A stretch of 64,000 bases of DNA from positions 142,352,001-142,416,000 of the forward strand of contig NC_043000.1 of NCBI RefSeq assembly GCF_006345805.1, written 5' to 3'. This DNA comes from Octopus sinensis. Lineage: Eukaryota. The position numbers and the translations under genes are program-made. This document shows, in pieces, positions 1-13,998 of this stretch (within the stretch, counting starts at the first letter, position 1; every line of letters starts with the position of its first letter). The notes under the pieces were generated by a model. The model saw nothing but the letters and a program-made list of their open reading frames with translations. It made no database searches and had not been told where the DNA came from.

Positions 1-95
1 TAAACTAATACATCTGTTTGTTTTCTACAGCACCTGTATTCGTCTTTTGTTTTATTTGTTTGTTTGTTTCTTTTTATTCTCCCTATATATATATA
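1..95 (+). mobile_element. Fragment of the same short repeat family as 12190-12360
   Basis: taaactaatacatctgtttg...ttcgtcttttgtt...ttctccctatata matches 12277-12360. Confidence 0.5.
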
Positions 96-427
96 TATCA
101 GTCATCGAAATTTTTGTTTGTCTTGTTGTCGAGAGAGGCTTCCTTTCTTTCCTGATGAGAAGATTGCATAATGTACCCTTTATTCCTTTGGAATGAAAAC
201 ATTTTGTCTTCGAAACATATGTCGAGAGTAAAGGAATTTTGTTAACATCTTCGTTCGACTCCATTCTTTCATTTATTCATATACAACACACACATTTCTG
301 CACATGAACCCGGAGTTTCTACTCTTGGACAGGTCGCTTCAACCGTGTTTCTGACGTGAATTTGCTACACAGGTTTCGGTTAAACGAATTTTCCATGCTG
401 ACGATAAACATAGGATAATTCGTTCAC

Positions 428-476
<49 letters not shown>

Positions 477-1436
477 TGGAGTGCATATGGTATTTAAGGA
501 CAAATTTGGTTCTTAGGAAAACATACATATAATAAAATAAACTTTATTAATGAAAAAAACAAAGATTGTACTCCTTTGGAACGTATTGGCGAAGCATCAC
601 ATGTTTCTTAGTGAAGACTCCAGAAGCTATGACAGTTGCAGGCCATTTTGTGTGCATGATTGTTGTAATTTCAGACGCGTCTAAACATGACCATTTGTCA
701 ATTCTTACTCTTTATCTTGTGGTCCTGGTCAACCTTTTCTTGTCTGAGGGAAACAAATCATGTCATATTCTTTGGGATTTTAACTTTTTTTAATAGCCCT
801 TTAATTCTGATTTTAAAAAAAATTGTCTATTCTGATATGAACTCAACTCATCACGTTAGATTTGTACCGGATGTTTTCGTCAATAATATTTCTGATTGCT
901 CCTTCTGAAACATAGAGATCTTTTTGCAAGTGACATCATAGATTTTCTCAGATTTCTGTCAATGATTCTTTGAACGTGTTGAATAAATTCAGCTGTTCTT
1001 ATGGTATCAGACCTTTGGCAAGGATTTTGCTTTTTATATTCTAGTGAAACCTTGGCAGAAGAAACTCCTTACTTCTTGCGAACTTTTTAGACGAAAAAAC
1101 TGATGAATTCTAAAATTGAACATTTTGAGGAACTGTTGCTTGCAGATGGGATTATAGCACTCCTACATCCGTGAGCATACGACTCATATTGGCGATGGAT
1201 ATCTTCCTTTGGTTTGCGGTGCGCTTCCTGCTATACTGGACCAAAAATTTTAGGATTGTCCGATGCCCAGTCGAGAAGGGGGGGGGGGCACCACGGCAAC
1301 TATGGAAGCTGTGGACATGATCCCGGTGGAAGCTAACTGCTGATGTAATAACCTCATGCATGGGCATTGCTGGAATTTTGCATAGGCAATGGTCAATAAT
1401 CCTCTTCCTCAGTTACGAATAGACTTTCATCATATA

Positions 1437-1479
<43 letters not shown>

Positions 1480-2696
1480 TTTTGTAGGTTACGTGGCTTA
1501 TTTGACTGAGTAATCGGCTTACAATCGTAAGCTCGTGAGTTCGATTCCCGGCGGCGTTGCGTTGTTATCTTGACCAATATACTTTAGTTTTCGTTACTGT
1601 AGCACATAGGGCTGGCAAAAATGAGTTGTAAGTGAGATTCAAACGGCCAACCTAGTTACTCTCGATATCCCGCTGCATCTCCCCGAGATCTACCTTAAAG
1701 GTAGGCGCATCTGTCGAGTGTCCACCCACATTCACGTTAATTTCATGAGCAGGTGGTTCTGTTGATCGTATGAACTTGAACTCACGTCGTCGAAACCGAC
1801 GGACATCCGGATTATTTATATATATGCTTTTATATCTATGTTTTATTTTTTTTATCTGTACGTATATGTCTACGCATAAAAGGGCTGGCCTACATTACAG
1901 TCACTCCATCAAGTTTTCTTATATTCGATACGATTGTCTTTTATTACCAATCATCACTTGCAGAAACTTTTGTAATGTCTTTTATTAAATTTATTCTGGT
2001 AAAATGTTTTTGAGCACGGGAAAAATCATTTAAGAATTTTGAACACCGAATGGAAATACATTCTCTGCAATAATTCTCAATTTTCTTGTTATTATATGGT
2101 ATATTGTAATATTTTTTAGTACATCTCGAGAAATGAAGCGATTTCACAATTCTATATTACTTATTTTATTTAATTAGCTGTCCTTGGTATTGTGAATTGG
2201 ACTTATAATACAGCTGAAACTTCTAAAGCAAATACGAATAAGGATGAACAAAAATATAGACACGCATCTTTGTGAATAGTTTTCAAGAGAGAAATCGAGT
2301 GTTCACGTCCACATACACATAGCAGAATAACATTTCATTGATCATTTGAGATTTGTAAGTGTGACTCCATATACGTTTGCATATGTGTATATTTATTAAT
2401 AAATTGAAAATACATATTTCAATGATATGTCACAGAATATTAGTTATTATTTCGCATTGACTTCTACAGCATCACTTCAATTTTGGCCTAACGCCTAACC
2501 ATCATGTAGCTTGGTGAGGCTTAAACAGTTCCACATAGATATAAGCATTTTTCCCTACATCATACACCAAATTATTGAGTTCTATAACTGGTACTGTTAC
2601 CCTCAGGTATAACATATACGAATATACATTTCAAGATCTTGCGCTGTATGTGAGTGTGTGTGTGTGTGGGGGGGTGTGTGTGTGTGTGAGAGAGAG

Positions 2697-2733
<37 letters not shown>

Positions 2734-3452
2734 TTAAGATATATTTCATATTCGTGTGTTGGAAGAAAGGATTCTTTTGGTGATTAGCCAATGAGCAATG
2801 AAGTCTCTTTTGTGGGTGTAAGTTTCCGAAAGGAATAACAATATGTATTTACCACTGATCAAAGATTTGTAGTGAAGGCATTCAAAATACGTATGCTAAA
2901 AACATTAAATCTATTCTAGGTTTTCTAATGCACGCTGTTTTAAGTCTAAAATACTATACATTTATCTCAGTGCGGGTTAATTTTTGTAGTTGTGTTCGGT
3001 GTAAACTGCGATAGATAGAAATCCTCTTCGCAACAATAATTTTGTTGACTATTTTTCCTCCGATGTGTAACCAATGAACACCGAAACACATGAAAGTAGT
3101 CTCCCTTTATATTTTTTTCGTGTGATAGAAGAAAATAATATAGTGCATTACATCTCTTAATTCTTCCGTAGTAAAACAATGCAAAATTTATATTCGTTGC
3201 ATTAAACTCATCTAATGCCGACTGTATCCCGCATAATGTATGTATATATACATACATACATAGTTAATCCAAACATAAACAAAGAGAAAACGCAGCAACG
3301 CGAAGACGTGGAATAAGTAGTGTTATTGGACGTTCAGGAAAGGAAAGAAAGAAGGAGGATGTCACGTTTCGAGCGGAGCTCTTCGTCAGAAATATACAGA
3401 AAGTCCAAAGAAGGGAAGACGGAGAAAGAAAATCGCCAACGAAACACACGAT

Positions 3453-3483
<31 letters not shown>

Positions 3484-3522
3484 GCATGTATATATATATA
3501 TATATGTGTGTGTATATATATA

Positions 3523-3587
<65 letters not shown>

Positions 3588-6339
3588 TTATATATATATA
3601 TATATACACATACATACATATACATACATATACATATAAACATACATATACACACATATACACGAGGGGAGTGCAGGTGTATTTATATGTGAGCATAAAC
3701 ATATAAGTAGTATATGAATATTTATCTCTCTATACGTATGTATGTATATATGTATGTATGTATGTTTGTATGTATGTATGTATGGATGGATGGATGTATG
3801 TATGCGTATATATGTAAACGCTAATCCGATGATGTACAGTGACAACACTATAAAAGAGATACATATGTCAGTTACTTGTTTTACTGCAGTTTCTCTCTTG
3901 GCATATGGAGTAGCACATCCGATATTTACTGCCTCGATAAAAGCTGTATATAAAAGAAGCAAACTGATTTTCTACACATTTTCCCCCATATCCATAATTG
4001 GGAAGCGTCTGAAGCAAATCGTATTCGAGGACGCATACTTCCAGTTTTATATTTGATTATCGAACCTTATTGTCAAGTGATATGTCAATGCCATATATTG
4101 TTGTAATATATTGACATAAAGTTCCTTTGTGCTTCGATATGTCTGTAAAATCATGATTGGTAATAACACTAACAGCTCCGAGATCCACATGCGAAAACTT
4201 ACAAACCTGTTTTATTGAACTATTCATTGGAAAATTTATAACCCGAATAAAAATGAGAAAAAATATTAATCCCAATTGTATCATATAATCTTTTACTCAT
4301 TTAACCATTGATCTCTAATTAGCAATTTTATAAAGCTCTAACTACTCTTGGTCGATTAGTCAGACATTTTCATTATTCCCGTGTTGAAATATATTTCTGT
4401 GTACAATATTTATAGTCAGGCTAGGATTGTTTCATTCAGGGATAGCATGTCGTCAATTATGATTTCCTCGTTTCTCAATTTAGTTTAACCTTAATTGATG
4501 TCAGATCCATCTCTAAAATATTTCCTGTAGAATGTGATATTAAGCTAACAGTTCATGCAACTCTGAAATATATTGATAACAGTAATGTTTATTGCTAATA
4601 TAGCAAAGCGGAATATTTAAATAAACAATCTCTGTTATACAATTTTGATTTAGAATTTTTATATTTTCCGTTTTAACGATCAAGTGAAGAATCAAATTAA
4701 ATATCTAAGACGTAATTCAGTAAATGGAAACGTTTCGCTGCCTCTTCACTTTATATAAATATCTTTCCATCTCTTTATTTCAATTACTGAAATCTCTGTA
4801 CTGGAAGACGCACTTAAATGTTCAATGTACATCGACTCTATTAAAACTTTAGAGACTGTGATCATGTCGAGCGCCTCAAATATTATTTAGATTTAATCAG
4901 TTACCAATTCTGAGTACTAATCAGTTAGCAATTATGTTTTCTTTACACAGTCGAGGTTTGATGATAGACAGTGTCTTCATAATTGTTGTTAATTGCCCCT
5001 TTCACAATTTACTCAAGTGTGATAATGAACTCTCGCGGCTGCTTCGCAGGAATATTGATTTACTTATGAAGCAAAAGTTCAGATTTGTTATCGAAGGGTT
5101 ATAGTCGCATAGTCTCTGCCTGTTACTATATCATTCACACTGAGTAATGAATTGTAATGTCGGACCGCCTTCACTAACAAGACACTGCAAACGAATGTGT
5201 GAATACCACACAGGTAGGTGATTAGTCCAGCCCGTCTTGATTGTTTTGAGTAATCATAATTTCTAACATTCATATCGTTAAGGTTTGCTTTTTCTTGTTA
5301 TTTGACGAGAGCATTGCCAACACAAACAAAACAAAGATAAGCGTTACACGTATTCTGTATTCTCGGCTTTATTGAACAGCTGAACGTAGTCAGTACAAAG
5401 GATATTTCTCATTCAATTATGCTTTCTATTTTAGTCACTCAGATGTGTTCCGAAACTTCTACTACAGATAATGTTGCTCTACCTTCTGCTTCTGCTATAA
5501 CTACTGCTATTACGACTACTGCTTCTGATGCTAGAATTACTTCTAACGTCAAAAATAACTGCACTAACAACAACAGCAGTAATAGTCCTTTCTAATTTTG
5601 GCTCGAGGTCAGCAATTTTGGGAGAAATGTTATTTATTTATATTGATCTCAGTTCTCGACTGGTACTTTATTTTATCGATACTGGGTGTATAAAAGGCGA
5701 ATTCAACTTTGGCAGAATTTAAACTCAGCAGATAACGACTCGTAAAAATGTTGTAACATTTTGTCCGACACTAACCATTCCGCCAATACAGCTCCCAAAA
5801 TAATTGTTTCTAACATTCAAATATGACCACAAATGTGGAGGAAATCGACTACATTCACCACAGTATGTATTTTATTTTGTCGGGTTCTAAACAATAAAAG
5901 CGAAGTTGTCCTCTATAGGATTAGATCTGAGGGCGTAACTATCCAGGGCAAATTCCACAATTATTCTACCAATCTATTGCTGTCATTTATTATTGTTTCT
6001 AAAATGAGCACCAAGTCAGAAATTTAGAGTAAAATGAACAGTTAATTATAGGGTTAGTATTTAACTAGTATTTCTCTTAATCGAACCTGCTACACGCGTC
6101 TCACTAGAAATTGTTGAAGAGCACCTCCATCGATTAACGTCTACTTCTTTTGTTGATACGGCGACTGATAGCTTTGGGCACCTGGAACAACATGTTGATT
6201 TCCAGCAGCAGATTCCTTGTCAATACTGTATGTTAGCTAACCACACAAGTCGCAAATCTGAGGTTTGATTAGGTGACCGGTAGAAATCGGGGAATTTTTA
6301 TATCCTGTCCTAAAATACTTCATTTTGCTACATTCTTCA

Positions 6340-6885
6340 TAGCTTAATGTAGTTCTTCCCCTATCCAATCAGGCACATCCAATCCTGGTTAAGAAGGAAT
6401 ATATTCACAGATATGAAAGAGTTAGGACCTATATACACTGGAAGCTATGCTAATACTATAGAATTACACCAGAAAAAAGATGGTATAGGCACAGAAAAGA
6501 CCAGAAAAGGTCACAGAAAATGAGAAAGCAGAATACTCTGGGATATACCAATACACAGAGAAAGAGAAATTAAGGCCAATATACCGGATATAGTTGTCAA
6601 AGATCACGAAGGAAAAATAAGCATTCGATGTATTAATATCAACAGGAGATAATGTTTGTCTAAAAGAAATGGAGACATTTTCAAAATACAGAGATCTGAA
6701 AGTAGAGATAACACGAATGTGGCGTCTAAAAGCAGAAACAATTCCTATCATTATAGGCGAATTACGTACGATAAAATATTATTCAGACAAATACATAACA
6801 AAAACTCCGGGACTAACATACAGAAAATAGCACCAGTAGGCATCGCACAAATCCTACGTAAAACACTATCACTACAGAAAAAATT
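6340..6885 (+). mobile_element. Degenerate R4/Dong-like LINE 3' fragment
   Basis: Recoverable peptides KKEYIHR..TYIHWKLC, EIKANIPDIVVKD, DLKVEITRMWRLK. Confidence 0.75.
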
Positions 6886-8189
6886 AACTTCGTTAATGGT
6901 GTGCATATCTGTGGAGTACTCAGCCACTTTACTTTAATTTTCTCCTCATGTGGTAATGGAAAGTGAACATGACATCCAATATTCGCTGCAGTTTTTTGTC
7001 TTTGATTTAACAATATGTAATGTATCTCTGTATCTACTTTTTTTCAATCTATGTTTCTACTGTTCTTTCGATGTATCTAAGAGCCTACTCTGAAAATACT
7101 GATAAACTTTAAAAAACACAAAACGAACGCCACCTTCCTTTCAGTCATCATTCACTCTGTCTCTCTCACTTCCTCTCTTCCTTCCTCTCTCCCACATTTA
7201 ATTTAACAATGAATTTACTGTGTATGTATGTATCTACTTTTCTTTCGATGTATGCATTAATCGACTCTGAAAATACTGATAAAGTCGACCTCTGAGGAAT
7301 TTGAATTGAGAACTTAGTGTGGGAAAAATATCGCTAAGCATTTCGTCCAGCGTGCTAACGATTCTGCTAGCTCGCCGCTTTATATAATATGAATAATAAT
7401 GATAATTATGATGGTCTTTAATATATTATTTACGCATTCTACACATAAACACAGAAAAGACTTTTATACAAAATTGATTACAAACAATAGTAACAAAGTG
7501 AAAAGTAGCAAGATTAAAATATAAAAAAGTAAATTAAAACTTTAATTTAAATATAAACTTTTTAATTAAATTAGACACTTTACTAAGAGCATTTTGAATG
7601 AAAACTTGTAAACCAAATTGCCTCAGGTATGAAACTGCACATCCATATGAATTGAGACAACCCTATTAACAGTTGCCCCATTACACTCAAATTGTGTTTA
7701 TAAAATATCTATATGAACGCTACTTATCTTTGGCATACCACACAACTCTATTATCGCAGGTTCAAAACCTCAGTTATATAGTTTCGTTATTATACATTAT
7801 GTTAACGTATTATTACTTCTTAAATCCTCAATGATATTCTGTTGAAACCACATCCACTATGATCAATATTAGTACAATGATGTAATGCGGAGGAAGCGAA
7901 GAAAAAGAAAGATAGAGACGAGGAAAAGGGGTAATTTTTTTTTATAAGAACAATAAAGCAAAACACAAACAATGACTGTACAAAACAAGTGATCACACCC
8001 TTCCGGTGAACTCAATCCTTCGAAAAGCAGATTGGATCCTCGATATAATTAAGAATGACAGTTACATCCGGTGGATAATGGAGAATTTGCAAAGCTTGTA
8101 TTGCAGAAAAAAAAAACACAAAAATTGTTCTTACTCAAGATAGAACAGGGCCTCATTGTACAGGAAATAAAATTCGATAGTATGCCACA

Positions 8190-8190
<1 letters not shown>

Positions 8191-8258
<68 letters not shown>

Positions 8259-8275
8259 TTATAATAATAATAATA

Positions 8276-8361
<86 letters not shown>

Positions 8362-8574
8362 CCAATCCGCTCTACTTTAGGCACTAGGCCGGAAATATGG
8401 AGGTAGGGGACAACTTAATTACATCCACACCTGTGCTCCATTGGTACTTAAATTATGGACCCCGAAAGGATGAGATGCAAAGTCGACCTCGGTGTAATTT
8501 GAACTAAGTAAGTACCGACAGGCGAAATACCTTTAAGCAGTTTGTCTAGCGTGCTAAATATCCGTCAGATCGCC

Positions 8575-8634
<60 letters not shown>

Positions 8635-8657
8635 TGATAATAATAATAATAATAATA

Positions 8658-8693
<36 letters not shown>

Positions 8694-8725
8694 TAATAAT
8701 AATGATAATAATGATAATAATAATA
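8191..8725. repeat. (TAA)n microsatellite arrays (8191-8360, 8577-8725)
   Basis: Direct reading. Further arrays at 9922-10097, 23104-23143, 24745-24815, 36968-37170, 38625-38733 and 40415-40560. Confidence 0.95.
8375..8577 (-). mobile_element. tRNA-derived SINE (gaggtcgactttgcctttcatcctttcggggtcg family) between two (TAA)n arrays
   Basis: Family core on the minus strand. Other copies at about 5655-5784(-), 7285-7380(-), 10500-10636(-), 40565-40720(+), 52310-52500(+), 55400-55620(-) and 56320-56490(+). Confidence 0.75.
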
Positions 8726-9214
8726 GAACACCGGCAACGTTTAACATGTAAGAGCGATAAAAGATGCTCCGAAATCCATCCCAAAACATCATGAATAAAG
8801 ACAACAAATGGAGCCTAAAAAAATCACAAACTGTAGGACTATATCCGAGTAAGTAATACTCATTAAAATTTATTTCTATTTTCCGAATGAAACGATGTAT
8901 TATCAGACCGGTTGTCATGATGGGTACACTGGGATTCGTATATTTTACTCCAGTGTTACTTTGATGGCATGCACTGCTCCCTCACTCAATATTAATTGAG
9001 GAGAGGTGAAGCCAGAAACCTCTGTATGGACAGAACCGAAATGCTGAAGTAGGCCAAGTAATATTTCATCAGTTGCTGAGAAACTCAGGACTGAATAAGA
9101 GACTGAAGGTTTCATATTGGCGGCACAAGATCTAAACTTGCTTACCAAAATCTACCAGGCTATCTTTTTCCAAAATTGTTCTGAACCTTAAAGCAGATTC
9201 TGCGATAAATCTTA

Positions 9215-9735
9215 TGAAGCAATAGACCATCGAGTCTCGGAATGTCCGCTGCTGACACCAAACGAATACAAAAATCACAACGATAGGCTGGAACAGTATT
9301 TCCATTTGAACATATGTAAATATTAAAAATCATTACTCCTGCGTACTGGTTTGAACATCATCCTGAACATGTCATTGAAGGTAAAAATGCCATTATCCTC
9401 TGGGATTTCCTAATCAATAGAGACAGAACATCTATGCTAAATGACTAGACAGTCTAAGGACAGTCTAAGGACTAGACAGGTCTAAGGAGAAAATATTTGT
9501 AGACTAATAGATGTAAGTGTCCCTATTGATAAAAATATATCTGTAAAGGAATTTGACAAATTAAGTTAATATAAGGTCCTGTATACTGAAACACAAAACA
9601 TGCGGCATTTCAAAGCGAAAACTGTTCTTATTATTGTGGGTGCCCTAGGAATGATAAGAAAGGGATGTAAGAAACATCTAAATAAGATCCCAGGGGAACC
9701 AACCAGAAGATCGTGCTGACATGTCCTGCACACAT
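9215..9735 (+). mobile_element. Degenerate R4/Dong-like LINE 3' fragment
   Basis: Remnants of HPEHVIEGKNAIILWDF, DVSVPIDKNISVKEFDK, VPIIVGALGMIRKG. Confidence 0.7.
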
Positions 9736-9926
9736 CCTCAAATATGCGGGATCAGTGTAAATGCTTGTGTTGCATTACATGAAGATATTTCGCTACTACT
9801 CCTGCCACTTACTCTCCCCATGCTTTCAGTCATACTGCAGCATCTCTTATCCTCCACTCGCCCTATGACGCCGGGTTTATCACAGTAAGTGGTTATAACA
9901 AACCTGCAGTTTAAAAGTAAAGAATA

Positions 9927-9990
<64 letters not shown>

Positions 9991-10019
9991 GAATAATGAT
10001 AATAATAATGATAATGATA

Positions 10020-10086
<67 letters not shown>

Positions 10087-10097
10087 CAACAACAACG

Positions 10098-10495
10098 GCT
10101 TGAAGCGGAGAGAAAGGTATAAATTCTTTGGGAGCATAGAATTGCCAAACGGAGAGGGAATGGAAGACCTGGATGAGATGGATACAAGTACCTTCGGATC
10201 CCGGAGCTGGACAATATCTTGCATAAAGAAAGGAAAAACAAGGTCATCACTGCATACTTTAATCGCCTTAAAATTCTCTTGAAATCAAAGCTCAACTCAA
10301 GGAACCTTGTGACTGCAATCAACATATGGGCGGTTGCTATACTATGCTATAGTGCACCAATCATGAAATGGAGAGAAGCCCAGGACCAGGCATTGAATAC
10401 CAACTCAGTAGAAGAGAATATATACGACACAAGTATAACGGACCTCTGTAGAATGTGTGGGAAGAGGGGCGAAAGCTTGACTCACGTTGTTAGTG
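10098..10495 (+). mobile_element. Internally deleted R4/Dong-like LINE fragment starting immediately after a (TAA)n array
   Basis: YKFFGS, RLKILLKSKLNSRNLVTAINIWAV joined to AQDQALNTN...CRMCG. Confidence 0.7.
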
Positions 10496-10887
10496 CTCAA
10501 CTGTTTACTGTTTTATCAACATCGAAAGATGCAAAATCGAGCTCGGTACGATTTGAACTCAGAAAGACAAGACAGACGAGGTGCCGGTAATAATTTTTTG
10601 TCCGGCCTGCAAACGACTGGGCTACCTCGTCGTCTTAATAAAAAACGATTATTATTATATCAATATTCCTATCATCTGCACAAGGTTAGAAAGTATAATG
10701 AAGGACATGGTCGATCTAATTTAGCTCAGTAGTTAATTAGTACTTATGTTATCAACACCTGGGTGATTTAACACACATACACCCACGTATATGAATACTC
10801 ACACACGCACACAGACACGCACAAAAACGTTTACATATATAAATGTGTGTGAGAATGTAATGTGCGTAACTCTCCCCCCTCTCTCTC

Positions 10888-10940
<53 letters not shown>

Positions 10941-11265
10941 GTACAAATAGAAAGGTAATAAAGTGGATATTATCCACATCCACTTCATTAACTAGCGTAA
11001 TAATAAATATGTGGAAAATATTGATTAATCATTTTAATGGCGTAAAACAAATGAATTGTCTTTATTTGAGAATCGAAATTCTCTCTACCACTTTCTCCAC
11101 GTGTACATATACGGAATATATATATATATATATATATAATATATATAATATATTGTATGTATGTATATATGTATGCATGGATGTATATATATATATATGT
11201 ATATATATAATATATATATATTATATACATGCATACATACATATACTACATATATATATTCTGTG

Positions 11266-11373
<108 letters not shown>

Positions 11374-11869
11374 AACATCGTACGCATCTATCTTATAAGT
11401 ATTGAAATAACTAACAAATCTTTCGCTAATATCTAATCTGCAGTAATAAAATATAACAAACTAGTCTAGGTTTTGCTTTTGATTGCCTCTAAACGACTTC
11501 ATAAAGCAATTAAATATCTATTGATGATCACATAATGAATACTCTAGATAACAGTAATTAATCACATTTTCTTTAGATATATCTAGATTAATGTTTTTCT
11601 TCGCCACCATTCTCTTCTCTATAATTAAGCTAGCAAACGACGGGAGAACTAATATTTGGAAAATATTGATCAATCGAAATGTAATCTGTGAGTTTTCGTC
11701 TTTATTTTACTGATTTCATTTAACGTTTAATTCGACATTTATAAGGAAAAGTCAATTTCTTTCGGAGATGACATCAGCGGCAACGTGCAGTGAAAACTTG
11801 AGCTACAAGCAGTATATACAGGTATACGCATGTGTGTCTACATACACACAACACACACACACATACACA

Positions 11870-11900
<31 letters not shown>

Positions 11901-12032
11901 CATAATATATATATAATATATATATACATATATATACATATATATATAAACACATATATATATATATACATGTACATATATATACATATATATACATTTA
12001 TATATACACACATATATATATACACATATATA

Positions 12033-12071
<39 letters not shown>

Positions 12072-12114
12072 AATATAACATATATATATACATATAAATA
12101 ATAATATATATATA

Positions 12115-12164
<50 letters not shown>

Positions 12165-12189
12165 ATATGTATAATATATAAATATATTT

Positions 12190-12360
12190 TCTCTCCCTGT
12201 TTATTTCTGTTTTTCTTTCTGTCGAAGAGCGTAGGTTCGAAACATAATACAGTTTCGTTTCTCACTCCCCGAGAGTTAAACTAATACATCTGTTTGCTGT
12301 TTACACATCCTTCTTCGTCTTCTGATTTTTTTTTTGTTTTTCGTAAATTCTCACTATATA
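12190..12360 (+). mobile_element. PLE-derived short repeat family (CTGTCGA...GAAA variant core)
   Basis: ctttCTGTCGAagagcgtaggttcGAAAc followed by taaactaatacatctgtttg. Homologous to 1-95 (+) and 57075-58150 (-). Confidence 0.55.
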
Positions 12361-13582
12361 TATGCATACATATACATATATTATTCAAGCGTTACCCACT
12401 ACTCTGATCCTTTTAACGCTGAGGCTATATTTTGCTTGTCTTCAATCACATTAAATTCACTTTCATATGTCTAGTCTGTACTGTTCTGTGTTGTTTTGAT
12501 TGCTCTCGGCCCTATATTCTGCGAACTTTTCGCGGGCACCGCCAACATGGAAAGTTCTAAGTCTTTATCATTAATGGTACAAAACTGAGTAATAATATTT
12601 GGTTAATAACTGATAACAGATTAAGGACTTTCTGTGTAAAGTAAATAGATGGATCATCTATGTACTTTGATCATCTATGTACATGGGGCCCGTCAACCTT
12701 CGACCGCAGGGGTGGCAGAGGTTGAGCGACGGCTCTGCGCGAGTACACCCACAAACATGCACACATGTATATATTATTTGAGGTCACTTGTGAAGACCCT
12801 CATGATTGCCACTGGTATCATGGAATTTAGTAGAACGTTTTTCATTGTCGGGTTGTCGATGCCTAAACCGGCCACACCCACAAACTTTTCTGATGAAGAG
12901 TGTTGCTAGCATCCCAGTATTATTGAAAACAAGTCCTGTCGAAAATTTAGTTATACGTATCGTAGTTTTCATAACAATCTACCTGTAGCACGGGCCCTCA
13001 GAAATTTTGTGTTGGTGGAAGACTGCTGGCAGTAACACATGCCTTAGCTGCTGTGAAATCAAGTCTCATGGAGAAAGTCACTCCTGGGAGTAGATCACAA
13101 AACCAGATATACAGGAAATGGCATTGAACTTTTTCCTTATCATTTCCTAGATCATTGAGCTTTCATATTCTTAAGCTTGAAACCCACACTGTCAGGAGTT
13201 ACCTTGACTTGGTTTGTCTCTGGATCATAACAGTACGCCGGAGATGGTCAGTATGAAGGTGTGCAAGCCATATTGGACCAAAAATTTGAGGTTGTGCAAT
13301 CACCAGAGGGGCAATTATCTGATACCGATCCAGCAGCGAACCTGGAAGCAATGGACGCGAATTCGGGTGTAGCCGACTGCTGACGCCCTAACGTTATGTA
13401 CTGGTAATGTTAGTATTTTGCATGGATTATCGTCAGAATTATGATGTTCCACAGTCATAAGCGGGCAGATGTGATGTATGAGCGTGTTTGTGTGCACGCG
13501 GGTGCGTTTGAATGTACGATATGTATAATTGCATGCATGTATATGTACGTTTAATGTATATGTAAGTGTGCGTTTGTATACA

Positions 13583-13648
<66 letters not shown>

Positions 13649-13653
13649 TGTGT

Positions 13654-13951
13654 GGAGTCGCAATGGCCCAGTGGTTAGGGCAGCGGACTCGCGGTCGTAG
13701 GATCGCGGTTTCGATTCCTAGACCGGGCGTTGTGAGTGTTTATTGAGCGAAAACACCTATAAAGCTCCACGACGCTCCGGCAGGGGGTGGTGATCCCTGC
13801 TGTACTCTTTCACCACACTTTCTCTCACTCTTTCTTCTGTTGGCCTGCTCGCTTAGCCAGCGGGGTGGCGTCATTTGGAGGCTAAAACAATGCGAACGCA
13901 TTGTGACCAGCGATGTGTAACAGCATCTGATGGTCTGGTCGGTCACGTGAT

Positions 13952-13958
<7 letters not shown>
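13654..13958 (+). mobile_element. tRNA-derived SINE (family with CACGTGA tail)
   Basis: A-box tggcccagtgg, B-box ggtttcgattcc. Other copies at 58503-58795 (-) and 31440-31565 (-). Confidence 0.85.

Positions 13959-13994
<36 letters not shown>

Positions 13995-13998
<4 letters not shown>

Noticed and set aside
1150-1400. Possible RTE-like relic on the minus strand
   Set aside because: No diagnostic motif could be recovered by eye.
7020-7285. Short local duplication (ctttcgatgtat...actctgaaaatactgataaa)
   Set aside because: Appears to be a SINE-junction duplication with no further structure.
12889-12940. CTGATGA...GAAAac spacing
   Set aside because: Stems I-III cannot be paired.
13654-13725. 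tRNA-like heads (also at 31073, 45567 and 58720-58795)
   Set aside because: They continue into SINE bodies and lack a full cloverleaf, so they are not tRNA genes.
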